A DNA stretch of 61,335 bases. Source: Actinomycetes bacterium (lineage in GTDB: Bacteria > Actinomycetota > Acidimicrobiia > IMCC26256 > Chersky-534). The notes under the pieces were generated by a model. The model was not told where the DNA came from. It ran no database searches and was given only the letters and a program-made list of their open reading frames with translations. Made by a program: the position numbers and the translations under genes. The first letter of the stretch is position 1; each line of letters starts with the position of its first letter. Location of the stretch: contig JAODBH010000083.1 of the NCBI GenBank assembly GCA_025463865.1, positions 1-61,335 of the forward strand, in the 5' to 3' direction. Of the stretch, positions 43,919-56,712 are shown one piece after another.

Positions 43919-44904
43919 GACGGCTGGATGACGACCCGGCGCCGGGGCTCCTCACCCTCGGAGATCGTCGAGAAACCCTCGACCTCCGCAACCGTGTCGT
44001 GGACCACCTTGCGGTCCGCGGCACCCATCGGCTCGAGGGCGAGCTCTTTGCCCGACTCCCGCACCTTCTCGATCAGGGTCCGGGTGAACGCCGACAGGGC
44101 TTCGCGACGCTTGGCGCGGTAGCCGGCGACGTCGACGTTGATGCGCGCACCGTGGCCACCCGTCCGCCGCTGGACGACCGTGCGGGTCAGCTCCTCCACC
44201 GAGGCGAGCGTCGCGCCCTTGGGGCCGACGAGCAGGCCGAGGTCGGAACCCTCCACGTCGACGTGGATGAAGTCGTCGTCGATCGTGAACTGAACGGCTC
44301 CCGACGCGCCAAAAGCTTCCAGAAGCCCCTTGACGAAGTCGACGGCACTTGCCGCCTGGTCCTCGATCGCCACGTCCGTCTGCTCGTCCACCGTGTCTCC
44401 GTTCGTAGCCGGGCGATTCCCGGGATTCCGTGCCGGCCGCTCCGCGGAGGACTCCGCCGAGCGCTCACCGGTGATACCCGTCGTGGTGCCGGCATCGATG
44501 GTCCCGACCGCCGCGCCTCCACCCGACCCGGAGCTTCGCCGCCGGCGACGCCGCTTGTTCCCGCCACCCGCAGGCCGATCACCGGCCTCGGTGCTGTCGG
44601 CGGTCTGTGCGGACGACGAGGCCGCCTTGGGCTCCTGGCGCCTGGTGTCCCCATTGCGCGGCCGCGCCGACCGGGGCGAACCGTCGCCGCGACCCTTCGA
44701 CCGACGGCGCTTCTCTCCCGGCTTCTCCCGTGAGATCGGCTTGACCCGGGCCCGGATCCGGGTCTCGACCCCGAAACGGCCGAGGAAACCGGACTTCTTG
44801 GCCAAAACCTCGTACTCGAGCTCGGACTCGTCGACTCCGAGCTGGTCCAGCGCTGCGTCCACGGCCTCGGCCTCGGTGCGCGCGCTGGTCTCTACCCACT
44901 CCAT
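43915..44904 (-). CDS. jag: Jag/KhpB-type RNA-binding protein (Jag_N, KH, R3H) with an Arg/Gly-rich insert
   Basis: Jag_N (TAEAVDAALDQLGVDESELEYEVL), KH-like region, and C-terminal R3H (MGAADRKVVHDTV). Confidence 0.85.
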   Translation of the reverse strand: MEWVETSARTEAEAVDAALDQLGVDESELEYEVLAKKSGFLGRFGVETRIRARVKPISREKPGEKRRRSKGRGDGSPRSARPRNGDTRRQEPKAASSSAQTADSTEAGDRPAGGGNKRRRRRRSSGSGGGAAVGTIDAGTTTGITGERSAESSAERPARNPGNRPATNGDTVDEQTDVAIEDQAASAVDFVKGLLEAFGASGAVQFTIDDDFIHVDVEGSDLGLLVGPKGATLASVEELTRTVVQRRTGGHGARINVDVAGYRAKRREALSAFTRTLIEKVRESGKELALEPMGAADRKVVHDTVAEVEGFSTISEGEEPRRRVVIQPS

Positions 44905-44908
44905 GCGT

Positions 44909-45946
44909 CTACTTCCGTCGTTTCTTCTGTCGTCGGGCCGGTGTCGGTGCGACCGGCTTCGACGCGGCGGGCTTTGGCGGGGGGGCAGGCGTCGGTTCCG
45001 GCGGCTTCAGCAGCCGGCCCAACCGCCCGGGTTCGGGCGCGGCCTTGCCGTTGCCGCTGCCGTTCGAAGGTGCGCCGCCGGTTTCGGCGCCCGGCTTCTG
45101 GCGGGAGTCCGGGATTGCGATCTTCCGCATGATGAGCTCCTGCTGGCCGAGCCGCCAGACGTTGCTCACGAAGAAGTAGATGACGAGACCCGCGGGCATC
45201 GAGAGTGCGATCAACCCGAAGAACATCGGCATGACCTTCGCCACCATCATCATCTGCGGGTTCGGCGCTCCGACCTGCTGCCGCTGGGTCTGCCGCTGCT
45301 GCATGATGCCGGTGCCGACGACCAGGGCGACGGTGAAGAAGTAGGGGATCGCGGCGAGGAGGCTCGTGTGCTTGCCGAGAGCCGTCACGTTGAGGTCGAG
45401 ACCCATGAAGTGCTGGGCCTTGGGGAGCTTCGCGGCGAGGTCGGTGAGCTGCTGGGTGCTGAAGGTCGGGACGTTGGCCTTCAGGACGGCGAGGCCCGAC
45501 TTGCTCGTGGCATCTGCGCCGCAGGCCTTGGATGTGGTGGTCGGGCTGCAGAGGGCCTGGAAGAGCTTCGAGCTGACCGGAACGTGCTTGTACGGCTCGC
45601 GCAGGAAGCGGAACAGCGCGATGAAGATCGGCATCTGGATCAGGAGGGGGAGGCAACCCGCGAGCGGGTTGATCCGATTCTCCTTGTAGAACGCCATCAT
45701 CTCTTCGTTGAGCTTCTGACGGTCGTTCTTGTACTTCGCCTGGAGCTCTTTGATCTTCGGCTGGGCGCGCTGCATCGACATCATCGACTTGGCCTGCTTG
45801 GCCGTCAGCGGGAACAGGGCCAGCATGATGATGACGGTGAGCAGGATGATGCAGACGCCGAGGTTCGGCACCACGGCGTAGAGGTTCGCGAGCACCCAGC
45901 CGAGCCCCTGGTAGAGCGGCTCGAGCAGCGAGATTCCGAGTATCAC
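44909..45946 (-). CDS. yidC: Membrane protein insertase YidC
   Basis: Conserved AKQAKSMMSMQRAQPKIKELQAKYKNDRQKLNEEMMAFYKENRINPLAGCLP segment, five TMs and a basic tail. GTG start. Confidence 0.9.
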   Translation of the reverse strand: MILGISLLEPLYQGLGWVLANLYAVVPNLGVCIILLTVIIMLALFPLTAKQAKSMMSMQRAQPKIKELQAKYKNDRQKLNEEMMAFYKENRINPLAGCLPLLIQMPIFIALFRFLREPYKHVPVSSKLFQALCSPTTTSKACGADATSKSGLAVLKANVPTFSTQQLTDLAAKLPKAQHFMGLDLNVTALGKHTSLLAAIPYFFTVALVVGTGIMQQRQTQRQQVGAPNPQMMMVAKVMPMFFGLIALSMPAGLVIYFFVSNVWRLGQQELIMRKIAIPDSRQKPGAETGGAPSNGSGNGKAAPEPGRLGRLLKPPEPTPAPPPKPAASKPVAPTPARRQKKRRK

Positions 45947-46227
45947 GTGCGATCACTCCCGAGCGCGAGCTTTGTGCGCTTTCGATGGGAACAGGTGTTC
46001 GGTACAGGGTCGACGCCGCTGCCGCCCCATGGATGGCAGCGGGCCAGCCGGCGGGCCCCCAGGCCTACGCCGCGCCAGAACCCGTGCATCTCCAGCGCCT
46101 GGGCGGTGTACTCCGAACACGAAGGATAGAAGCGGCAGCGGGGCGGCATCGCACCGCTGATGATCTGATACCCACGGATGGCCCGTAAGGCCACACGGGT
46201 CGGGACATTGGGAGGAGCGCCGTTCAC
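45943..46227 (-). CDS. yidD: Membrane protein insertion efficiency factor YidD
   Basis: YQ...S......CRFYPSCSEY...A...HG...G......R..RCHPW. GTGA overlaps at both ends. Confidence 0.88.
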   Translation of the reverse strand: MNGAPPNVPTRVALRAIRGYQIISGAMPPRCRFYPSCSEYTAQALEMHGFWRGVGLGARRLARCHPWGGSGVDPVPNTCSHRKRTKLALGSDRT

Positions 46228-46685
46228 GGCTCCACCATCGTGAGCAACGCACGCACGGACGCTCGCAGCTTGCTCATCGACAGGTCCCGGGTCGCGGGGG
46301 CCGCGCCGAACAGGTAGGCACGCCCGTTGCGGAGCCCCTCGGCCTCTTCGTGGAGCGCGGCTCGGAGCCGACGTCGAATCCGATTCCGCGCGACGGCGTT
46401 GCCGCTGCGCTTCCCGATGGCGAAGGCCACCCGCGGCGGTTCTTCCTCGGAGGCGAGACGCACCACCCGGACGCTGATCGCGCCGCGACGGAGTGCCCGG
46501 GCGCGGGACAGTTCCGCGAACGTCGCACGGCGGTCGACGTGCCAGATCAGGCGGTCAGCCGGGAGCGGCCCTTGAGCCGACGGGCCTTGACGACCGCCCG
46601 GCCGGCGCGTGTCCGCATCCGAGACCGAAAACCGTGCTTCTTCGCCCGTTTGCGAATGTTTGGCTGGAACGTACGCTTCACGCAT
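46224..46685 (-). CDS. rnpA: Ribonuclease P protein component; the ORF opens 4 nt upstream of rpmH and contains all of it in another frame (true start uncertain)
   Basis: Core [16 protein letters not shown]...[23 protein letters not shown] (RNR motif). The only ATG/GTG/TTG upstream of the core in this frame is ATG 46685. Alternative non-canonical CTG at 46550. Confidence 0.7.
   Translation of the reverse strand: MREAYVPAKHSQTGEEARFSVSDADTRRPGGRQGPSAQGPLPADRLIWHVDRRATFAELSRARALRRGAISVRVVRLASEEEPPRVAFAIGKRSGNAVARNRIRRRLRAALHEEAEGLRNGRAYLFGAAPATRDLSMSKLRASVRALLTMVEP
46547..46681 (-). CDS. rpmH: 50S ribosomal protein L34 (not in the supplied ORF track; 44 aa)
   Basis: Hand translation from GTG 46681: [44 protein letters not shown], stop TGA 46549..46547. 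GAGGAGG lies 6 nt upstream. Confidence 0.92.
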   Translation of the reverse strand: MKRTFQPNIRKRAKKHGFRSRMRTRAGRAVVKARRLKGRSRLTA

Positions 46686-47021
46686 GGCCTCCTCGAGAGG
46701 GCCTGCCGAGGTCGCCAGGGGTCCGCAGGAGTCGGGCTCCCGCGTCGACGCGCGCCGCGACGGCAGAAGCGGTCATCTTACGGGTCGGGCGACCTCATCC
46801 GCAACGCGGTGCCCGGACCGCCGCGGAGGCTCGAAAACGGCCCGGCAGCGGCGGTCGCAGCTCGGCGCCCGCGCGGCGCGCGCGAGGCCGTCGGGGGTTG
46901 CAATAGCACGGTTCCGGGGCTGTTGGGAAGCCCTACGCGGCCCTTGTGACCCCCATACCCCGGTGCTAGCTTCGCCGCGTCGCCGGGTCACAGAATCCCC
47001 CGTGCCCGGGCGGCGGTTGGT

Positions 47022-47052
47022 GAAAGGAGAGGCACGATATGCCTCTCCTTTC
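47022..47052. repeat. Perfect 13-bp inverted repeat just upstream of the dnaA-proximal DnaA boxes
   Basis: GAAAGGAGAGGCA-cgata-TGCCTCTCCTTTC, followed immediately by TTGACT (47053..47058). Confidence 0.6.
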
Positions 47053-47057
47053 TTGAC

Positions 47058-47089
47058 TTCTCCACACCTGTGGACACGCCTGTGGACAA
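47058..47089. promoter_or_regulatory. Three DnaA boxes in the dnaA leader (autoregulation candidate)
   Basis: TTCTCCACA (47058..47066, 1 mismatch), TGTGGACAC (47069..47077, 1 mismatch) and TGTGGACAA (47081..47089, perfect). They lie 17-48 nt upstream of the dnaA start. Confidence 0.6.
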
Positions 47090-47105
47090 CGAGAGTGGCA
47101 CGGTG

Positions 47106-48512
<1,407 letters not shown>

Positions 48513-48521
<9 letters not shown>

Positions 48522-48720
48522 GCCTGTGGATACCTGGGGATATCCCACCCCGCGCGTGGGAGGACGGGGGACCATGGGGGTCGCGGCACACAGTCCCCTG
48601 TGGAAAGCGGTGGACAACCGGTGCGGTGCCAAACCGGGTCCCACCAGCACAGCGACCTGGTTGTCCCCAATCCACAGGCCCTACTACTACGACTACAGAA
48701 CTCAAGTTCTTTGTATCTCT
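48513..48720. other. oriC candidate: DnaA-box array plus an AT-rich unwinding element between dnaA and dnaN
   Basis: Boxes GGTGGATAA 48513, TGTGGATAC 48525, TGTGGAAAG 48599, GGTGGACAA 48609, TTGTCCCCA 48661 and CAATCCACA 48668 (0-2 mismatches to TTGTCCACA/TTATCCACA). The 40-nt stretch 48681..48720 is 25/40 A+T. Confidence 0.7.
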
Positions 48721-48731
48721 GGAGGGTGGAC

Positions 48732-49832
48732 GTGAAGTTCCGTTGTGAGCGCGACACGCTGGCCGAAGCCATCTCCACCGCGCAGCGGGCGGTGGCCTCA
48801 CGTACCGGTGCGCTTCCGGTGCTGTCGGGCCTCCGCTGCACGTTGCAGGGCGACGTGCTCGAACTGGTCGGCTCCGATCTCGAGCTGACCATCACGGTCG
48901 AGGCGCCGGCACAAGGCGAGACCGACGGGCACGCCGTGCTCCCGGCCAAGCTGTTCTCCGACATCGTGCGGTCGATGCCCGACGGCTCGGTCGTGAGCGT
49001 CGACGTCGGGGACGACGAGGCCCGCATCACGGCTGGGCGGTCGAGCTTCGCGGTGCGGGTGCTCGGAGCCGACGAGTTCCCGCGGCTGTCGACTCCCGCC
49101 GGAGCGGGTGTCCGGGTCGAGGCGGCTGCCTTCGCCGAGGCGCTGCGCCAGGTCGTGCCGGCCGCATCCCGCGACGACGCCCGCCCGATCCTCACCGGAG
49201 TTTTGCTCGCCTCCGCCGCTGGAGGGCTGCGGTTGGTGGCCACGGACTCCTACCGGCTCGCGGTGCGTGAGCTGCAGGGAGTGTCGATGCTGGAAGAGGG
49301 CCAGAAGGTGCTCGTCGCCGCGAAGGGTCTCGGTGAGGTGCAACGGCTCCTGAGCGACGGCGAGGTCGAGGTCGTGCTCGCCGAGCGGGAGGTGTTGTTC
49401 CGCATCGGGCGTACGTCCATCACGACCCGTCTCATCGAAGGTGAGTTCCCGAACTACGAGCAGCTGATCCCGTCCGGCTACCCCAACCGGCTGACCGTCC
49501 AACGCGACGCGTTGACCGAGGCCGTCAAGCGGGTGCGGCTGGTGGGCCAGGGCCGCGACACGTCGCCGATCCGCCTGTCGATGAGCTCCGAGGGCCTTGA
49601 GCTCTCGGCCATCGCCCAGGAGGTCGGCGAGGCGCGGGAGTCGGTCGAGGCGAAGTACGAAGGAACCGACCTGACCGTGGCGTTCAACTCGGAGTTCCTG
49701 CTCGACGGGCTGGCCGCGGCCAACTCGGCCGAAGTCGTGCTCGAGACCCTGGACCCGTTGAAGCCGGCCACGCTGCGCTCCACCGAGAGCCAGGACCTCC
49801 TGTACCTGTTGATGCCGGTCCGGATCCCCTGA
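48732..49832 (+). CDS. dnaN: DNA polymerase III beta sliding clamp
   Basis: MKFRCERDTLAEAISTAQRAV, three-domain length (366 aa), and GGAGGG upstream. GTG 48732; GTG 48726 is also possible. Confidence 0.93.
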   Translation: MKFRCERDTLAEAISTAQRAVASRTGALPVLSGLRCTLQGDVLELVGSDLELTITVEAPAQGETDGHAVLPAKLFSDIVRSMPDGSVVSVDVGDDEARITAGRSSFAVRVLGADEFPRLSTPAGAGVRVEAAAFAEALRQVVPAASRDDARPILTGVLLASAAGGLRLVATDSYRLAVRELQGVSMLEEGQKVLVAAKGLGEVQRLLSDGEVEVVLAEREVLFRIGRTSITTRLIEGEFPNYEQLIPSGYPNRLTVQRDALTEAVKRVRLVGQGRDTSPIRLSMSSEGLELSAIAQEVGEARESVEAKYEGTDLTVAFNSEFLLDGLAAANSAEVVLETLDPLKPATLRSTESQDLLYLLMPVRIP

Positions 49833-49905
49833 GGCTCGATCTTCCGCGGCGGTTGTCCCCGGAGCAGGGACGCGGAACCACCCCGCGAGTCGCGGCGTGC
49901 CACCG

Positions 49906-51011
49906 ATGAACGTCGCGCACCTCTGGCTCACCGATTTCCGCTGCTACCGCGAGGTCGACTTGGAGCTGGGAGAGGGCCTGACGGTGTTCGAAGGCGCGAA
50001 CGCCCAAGGCAAGACCAGCCTGCTCGAGGCCGTCACCTGGGCCGCGACCACGAAGTCGTTCCGTGGGGTTCCCGATTCCGCGCTCGTGCGCGACGGCTCC
50101 GATCGGGGCGTGCTCCGGCTCGAGGTCACGAGCGGGGAACGCACCCAGCTGCTGGAGGCCGAGATCCGGGTAGCCGGCCGCAACCGCATCCTCGTGAACC
50201 ACAACCCCCTTGCGCGGGCACGAGAGCTGCTCGGCTTCCTCCGGGTCACCGTCTTCGCACCCGACGACCTGGATCTGGTGAAGGGCAGCCCGGCGGGTCG
50301 TCGCGACTACCTCGACGACCTCCTGGTGTCCATGGCCCCGAGGTACGAGGCGGCCCGCGGCGATTACGAGAAGGTCCTGCGCCAGCGGAACGCCCTGCTG
50401 CGCGGGGCGGGTCCGGTGGACCTGCCGACACTCGACGTGTTCGATCTCCAACTCGTGGCGGCCGGGGCCGAGCTCGTCCGCGGCCGGCTGCAGCTGATCG
50501 ACCGCCTGACCCCTTGGATCCGGTCCGCGTACCACGACCTCGCGTCGGCGACCCCCGAGCTCGAAACCCGCTACGAAGCCGAGTGGGCGGACGGCGAGCT
50601 CGACCTCGCCGATGTCGGTGACGTGGCCGGCCTGCTCGAGGCAGCGGTGGTCCGGGCCCGACCGCGCGAGATCGAGCGGCGCACCACACTCGTCGGGCCG
50701 CACCGGGACGAGTGGCGGCTCCGGTTGCGCGGCCTGGAGGCCCGGACGCACGCTTCACAGGGCGAGCAACGCACGTATGCGTTGGCGTTGCGGCTCGCGG
50801 GGCACCACACGTCCTGCGAGGTCGTGGGAGAGGACCCGGTGCTGCTGTTGGACGACGTGTTCAGCGAGCTCGACGCGGATCGGGCGGCGGCCCTGGTGAA
50901 GCACCTGCCGTCGGGCCAGACGCTGCTGACGACCGCCGGGGTCGTTCCCGACGGCATCGAGCCGGAACGGCGGTTACGGGTCGTCGAGGGCAGCCTGGTG
51001 GACGTGGGCCC

Positions 51012-51015
<4 letters not shown>
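49906..51015 (+). CDS. recF: DNA replication and repair protein RecF
   Basis: L.L.DFR.Y, Walker A GANAQGKTSLLEA, signature SQGEQRTYALALRLA, and Walker B VLLLDDVFSELD. Confidence 0.92.
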
Positions 51016-53370
<2,355 letters not shown>

Positions 53371-53448
53371 CCATCGGGCCGCCGCTGCGGTGCGCGTCCC
53401 CGCACCCGCCCGACGAGCCGCCCGAGCGCACGCAATGGAGATCACGTA

Positions 53449-55908
53449 ATGCCCGACGCAGATCAGCCCACTCTCGAACCCAACATCGAGCCCATCGAGA
53501 TCCAGGAGGAGATGGAACGCTCCTTCCTCGACTACTCGATGTCGGTCATCGTCTCGCGGGCCCTCCCGGATGTGCGGGACGGGCTGAAGCCGGTGCACCG
53601 CCGGATCCTCTTCGGCATGTACGACCGCGGGCAGCGCCCCGACCGCCCGTACTCCAAGTGCGCGCAGACCGTCGGCCACGTGATGGGCAACTTCCACCCC
53701 CACGGTGACTCCTCGATCTACATGGCGCTCGCCCGGATGGCGCAGGACTTCTCGCTGCGGTACCCACTGGTCGACGGCCACGGGAACTTCGGCTCACCCG
53801 ACCCGAACGACCTGCCCGCGGCCATGCGGTACACCGAGGCCCGGCTCGCGCCGCTGGCGATGCAGATGCTCGCCGGCATCGACGAGGACACCGTCGACTT
53901 CGGTGAGACCTACGACGGCAAGACGCGTGAGCCGGCGGTGCTCCCGGCGCGGTTCCCCAACCTGCTCGTCAACGGCAGCGGCGGGATCGCGGTCGGGATG
54001 GCCACCAACATCCCGCCCCACAACCTGCGCGAGGTCATCGACGCCACGGTGCACCTCATCGACAACCCCGAGTCCACGCCCGACGAGCTCATGCAGTTCG
54101 TCACCGGCCCCGACTTCCCGACCGGTGCCCAGATCCTCGGCCGCTCGGGGATCCTCGACACCTACCGCACCGGCCGGGGCTCGATCCGGATGCGTGCGGT
54201 CGCCGAGATCGAAGAGACGAAGCGCGGCGTGCAGATCGTGGTGAGCGAGACGCCGTACCAGACCTCGGTCGAGACCATCGGCGCCAAGATCGCCGACCTC
54301 GTGCAGGAGCGGCGGATCGAGGGCATCCGCGACGTGCGCAACGAGTCCTCGCGCGCCGGGATCCGCCTGGTCGTGGAGCTCAAGCGCGACGCCAACGCCC
54401 AGGTCGTGCTGAACCAGCTCTACAAGCACACGCCGATGCAGACGAGCTTCGGCGTGATCATGCTCGCCCTGGTCGACGGCACGCCGAAGATCCTCAACCT
54501 CGCCGAGGTCCTGACGCACTACGTCGCGCACCAGGTCGAGGTGGTCACCCGCCGCACCGAGTTCCGGCTGCGCAAGGCCCGTGACCGGGCCCACATCATC
54601 GAGGGCCTGATCCGCGCCCTCGACATGATCGACGCGGTGATCGCCCTCATCCGGGGCTCGGCCGACACCGACGCCGCCCGCCAGGGCCTCATGGCGGAGC
54701 CGTTCTCGTTCAGCGAGATCCAGGCGAGCCACATCCTCGACATGCCGCTCCGCCGGCTGGCCCAGCTCGAGCAGCAGAAGCTGCGCGAGGAGTACGCGGA
54801 GCTGGCCGAAACGATCGCCGAGCTCGAGTCGATCCTGGCCGACCCGGTGAAGCTGCGGGGCGTCATCAAGACCGAGATGGGCGAGATCCGCGAGAAGTTC
54901 GGCGACGAGCGTCGCACCGAGATCACCTTCGACTCCGGCGACCTCGACGTGCTCGACCTCATCGAGGACGAAGAGGTCGTGCTCGTCCTGTCACACGGCG
55001 GCTACATCAAGACCGTCGCCGCCGACGCGTTCCGCAAGCAGGGCCGCGGCGGGCGCGGCGTGGCCGGCGCCAAGCTCAAGGACGAGGACTACGTCACCCA
55101 CCTGCTGAACACCACCGCGCACTCGTACCTGCTGTTCTTCTCGACCCGGGGCCGGGTCTACCGGCTGCGGGCCCACGAGATCCCGATGAAGGAACGCACG
55201 GCGCGCGGCACCGCGATCGTCAACCTGCTGCCCCTGCAGCCGGGCGAGAAGATCCAGGCGATCATCGATACCCGCACCTACGAGGACGGCGCGTACCTGT
55301 TCTTCGCCACCCGCAAGGGCGTGGTCAAGCGCACGAAGATGTCGGAGTACGACTCGTCGCTGCGCAGCGGGCTGATCGCGATCAACCTCCGCCCCGACGA
55401 CGAGCTCGTGAAGGTCGTGCAGACCAACGGCGAGGCCGACATCTTCATGGTGTCGAAGAACGGCATGACCATCCGCTTCGCGGAGAGCGACGTCCGATCG
55501 ATGGGCCGGGCCACCGCGGGCGTCCGGGGCATGAAGCTCAAGAACGACGACGACGCGGTGGTCTCCACCGACGTCGCCCGGGACGATTCGGTCATGTTGT
55601 TCGTCAGCTCGAGCGGACACGGGAAGCGGACCAAGCTCGAACGGTTCAACCGGCAGGGCCGCGGCGGCCAGGGCGTTCGCGGGATGCGGGTCACCCCCTC
55701 CCGGGGCGAGGTGGTCGCCGCGTTCATGGTCGGGCCCGACGACGAGATCCTCGTGTTCTCATCTGCCGGCAATATCATCCGCATGGGCGTCCGTGAGATC
55801 TCCTCGCAGGGGCGTGACGCGACGGGAGTGCGGGTAGCACGCGTCGCGGAAGGCGAGCAGGTGGTGGCGGTGGCCCCGGTGCTCGACACCGACGGAGAGG
55901 ACTCTTAG
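53449..55908 (+). CDS. gyrA: DNA gyrase subunit A
   Basis: MSVIVSRALPDVRDGLKPVHRRILF, the active-site region AAMRYTEARL, and C-terminal beta-pinwheel repeats. Confidence 0.95.
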   Translation: MPDADQPTLEPNIEPIEIQEEMERSFLDYSMSVIVSRALPDVRDGLKPVHRRILFGMYDRGQRPDRPYSKCAQTVGHVMGNFHPHGDSSIYMALARMAQDFSLRYPLVDGHGNFGSPDPNDLPAAMRYTEARLAPLAMQMLAGIDEDTVDFGETYDGKTREPAVLPARFPNLLVNGSGGIAVGMATNIPPHNLREVIDATVHLIDNPESTPDELMQFVTGPDFPTGAQILGRSGILDTYRTGRGSIRMRAVAEIEETKRGVQIVVSETPYQTSVETIGAKIADLVQERRIEGIRDVRNESSRAGIRLVVELKRDANAQVVLNQLYKHTPMQTSFGVIMLALVDGTPKILNLAEVLTHYVAHQVEVVTRRTEFRLRKARDRAHIIEGLIRALDMIDAVIALIRGSADTDAARQGLMAEPFSFSEIQASHILDMPLRRLAQLEQQKLREEYAELAETIAELESILADPVKLRGVIKTEMGEIREKFGDERRTEITFDSGDLDVLDLIEDEEVVLVLSHGGYIKTVAADAFRKQGRGGRGVAGAKLKDEDYVTHLLNTTAHSYLLFFSTRGRVYRLRAHEIPMKERTARGTAIVNLLPLQPGEKIQAIIDTRTYEDGAYLFFATRKGVVKRTKMSEYDSSLRSGLIAINLRPDDELVKVVQTNGEADIFMVSKNGMTIRFAESDVRSMGRATAGVRGMKLKNDDDAVVSTDVARDDSVMLFVSSSGHGKRTKLERFNRQGRGGQGVRGMRVTPSRGEVVAAFMVGPDDEILVFSSAGNIIRMGVREISSQGRDATGVRVARVAEGEQVVAVAPVLDTDGEDS

Positions 55909-55941
55909 GACTCCCATGAATTCCCAATCGTTCGGGAGCCG

Positions 55942-56382
55942 ATGAGCAGCGTCGTCGAGGCCGACGGCCGGGCCAAGAAGCGGCCCAGCCGCGCCGCGGT
56001 CAAGGTCGCGCCCCGGGCCGACCGCCGGTACCGCCAGACGATCCAGCGCATCGACCTCTGGTCGGTGCTCAAGGTGTCGTTGTGCTTCTACCTCTCCACG
56101 ATGATCGTGCTCGTCGTGGCGGGAGCGGTCTTGTGGCTGGTTGCCGACTCGCTCGGCGTCATCCACAACGTCGAGGACTTCATGAACCAGCTGCTGAGCT
56201 CGAAGGACTTCAAGTTCCTCTCGGCCCAGATCCTGCAGGGCGGCATCCTCATCGGCCTCGTCGTGGTCGCGCTGCTCGTCATCCTCACCGTCGTGGCCGC
56301 CGCGTTCTACAACCTGTTCGCCGAGCTTCTCGGTGGCGTCGAGATCGTGATCCGCGAGGAAGACACCGGGCCACCCATCTGA
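55942..56382 (+). CDS. DUF3566 membrane protein (Rv0007-like position)
   Basis: RIDLWSVLKVSLCFYLSTMIVLVVAG and FYNLFAELLGGVEI, located directly after gyrA as in other actinobacteria. Confidence 0.7.
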   Translation: MSSVVEADGRAKKRPSRAAVKVAPRADRRYRQTIQRIDLWSVLKVSLCFYLSTMIVLVVAGAVLWLVADSLGVIHNVEDFMNQLLSSKDFKFLSAQILQGGILIGLVVVALLVILTVVAAAFYNLFAELLGGVEIVIREEDTGPPI

Positions 56383-56447
56383 CGGGACCACGCGGTCCGG
56401 CACCTTCGTGGCCGCTCGGCGGGGACTGGTAATCTCGCTCGCTCCGC

Positions 56448-56521
56448 GGGGCTATAGCTCAGTCGGTTAGAGCGCATCCCTGATAAGGATGAGGTCGGTG
56501 GTTCGATTCCACCTAGCCCCA
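56448..56521 (+). tRNA. tRNA-Ile (anticodon GAT)
   Basis: GGGGCTA acceptor stem pairs with TAGCCCC. D arm AGCTCAGTCGGTTAGAGC. Anticodon loop CTGATAA with GAT at 56482..56484. T arm GGTGGTTCGATTCCACC. Discriminator A. CCA is not encoded. Confidence 0.93.
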
Positions 56522-56574
56522 CTCGGTTCGTCCGCCCGGTTGGGTCGCGGACGGGTGTCGATACACTCCCGCGG

Positions 56575-56712
56575 ATGAAGGCATTCCGGCGTGGGTTGGT
56601 AGTCGCGTTCATCGCGCTGCTCGCCGGTGCCATCGTCCGGCTCCGCGGCAAGGGGACGGTGCAGCCCACAAGCGGTGGTTGGCGCGAGCTCGAGGGCCCC
56701 GACTTCCGATGA
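56575..56712 (+). CDS. 45-aa single-TM peptide (not in the ORF track)
   Basis: Hand translation: MKAFRRGLVVAFIALLAGAIVRLRGKGTVQPTSGGWRELEGPDFR. The stop overlaps the next start (ATGA at 56709..56712). Confidence 0.4.
   Translation: MKAFRRGLVVAFIALLAGAIVRLRGKGTVQPTSGGWRELEGPDFR

Noticed and set aside
53435-53451. Four-codon upstream ORF (ATG GAG ATC ACG TAA) overlapping the gyrA ATG as TAATG.
   Set aside because: The ATGGAG simply contains the gyrA Shine-Dalgarno GGAG at appropriate spacing. Nothing else suggests a functional leader peptide.
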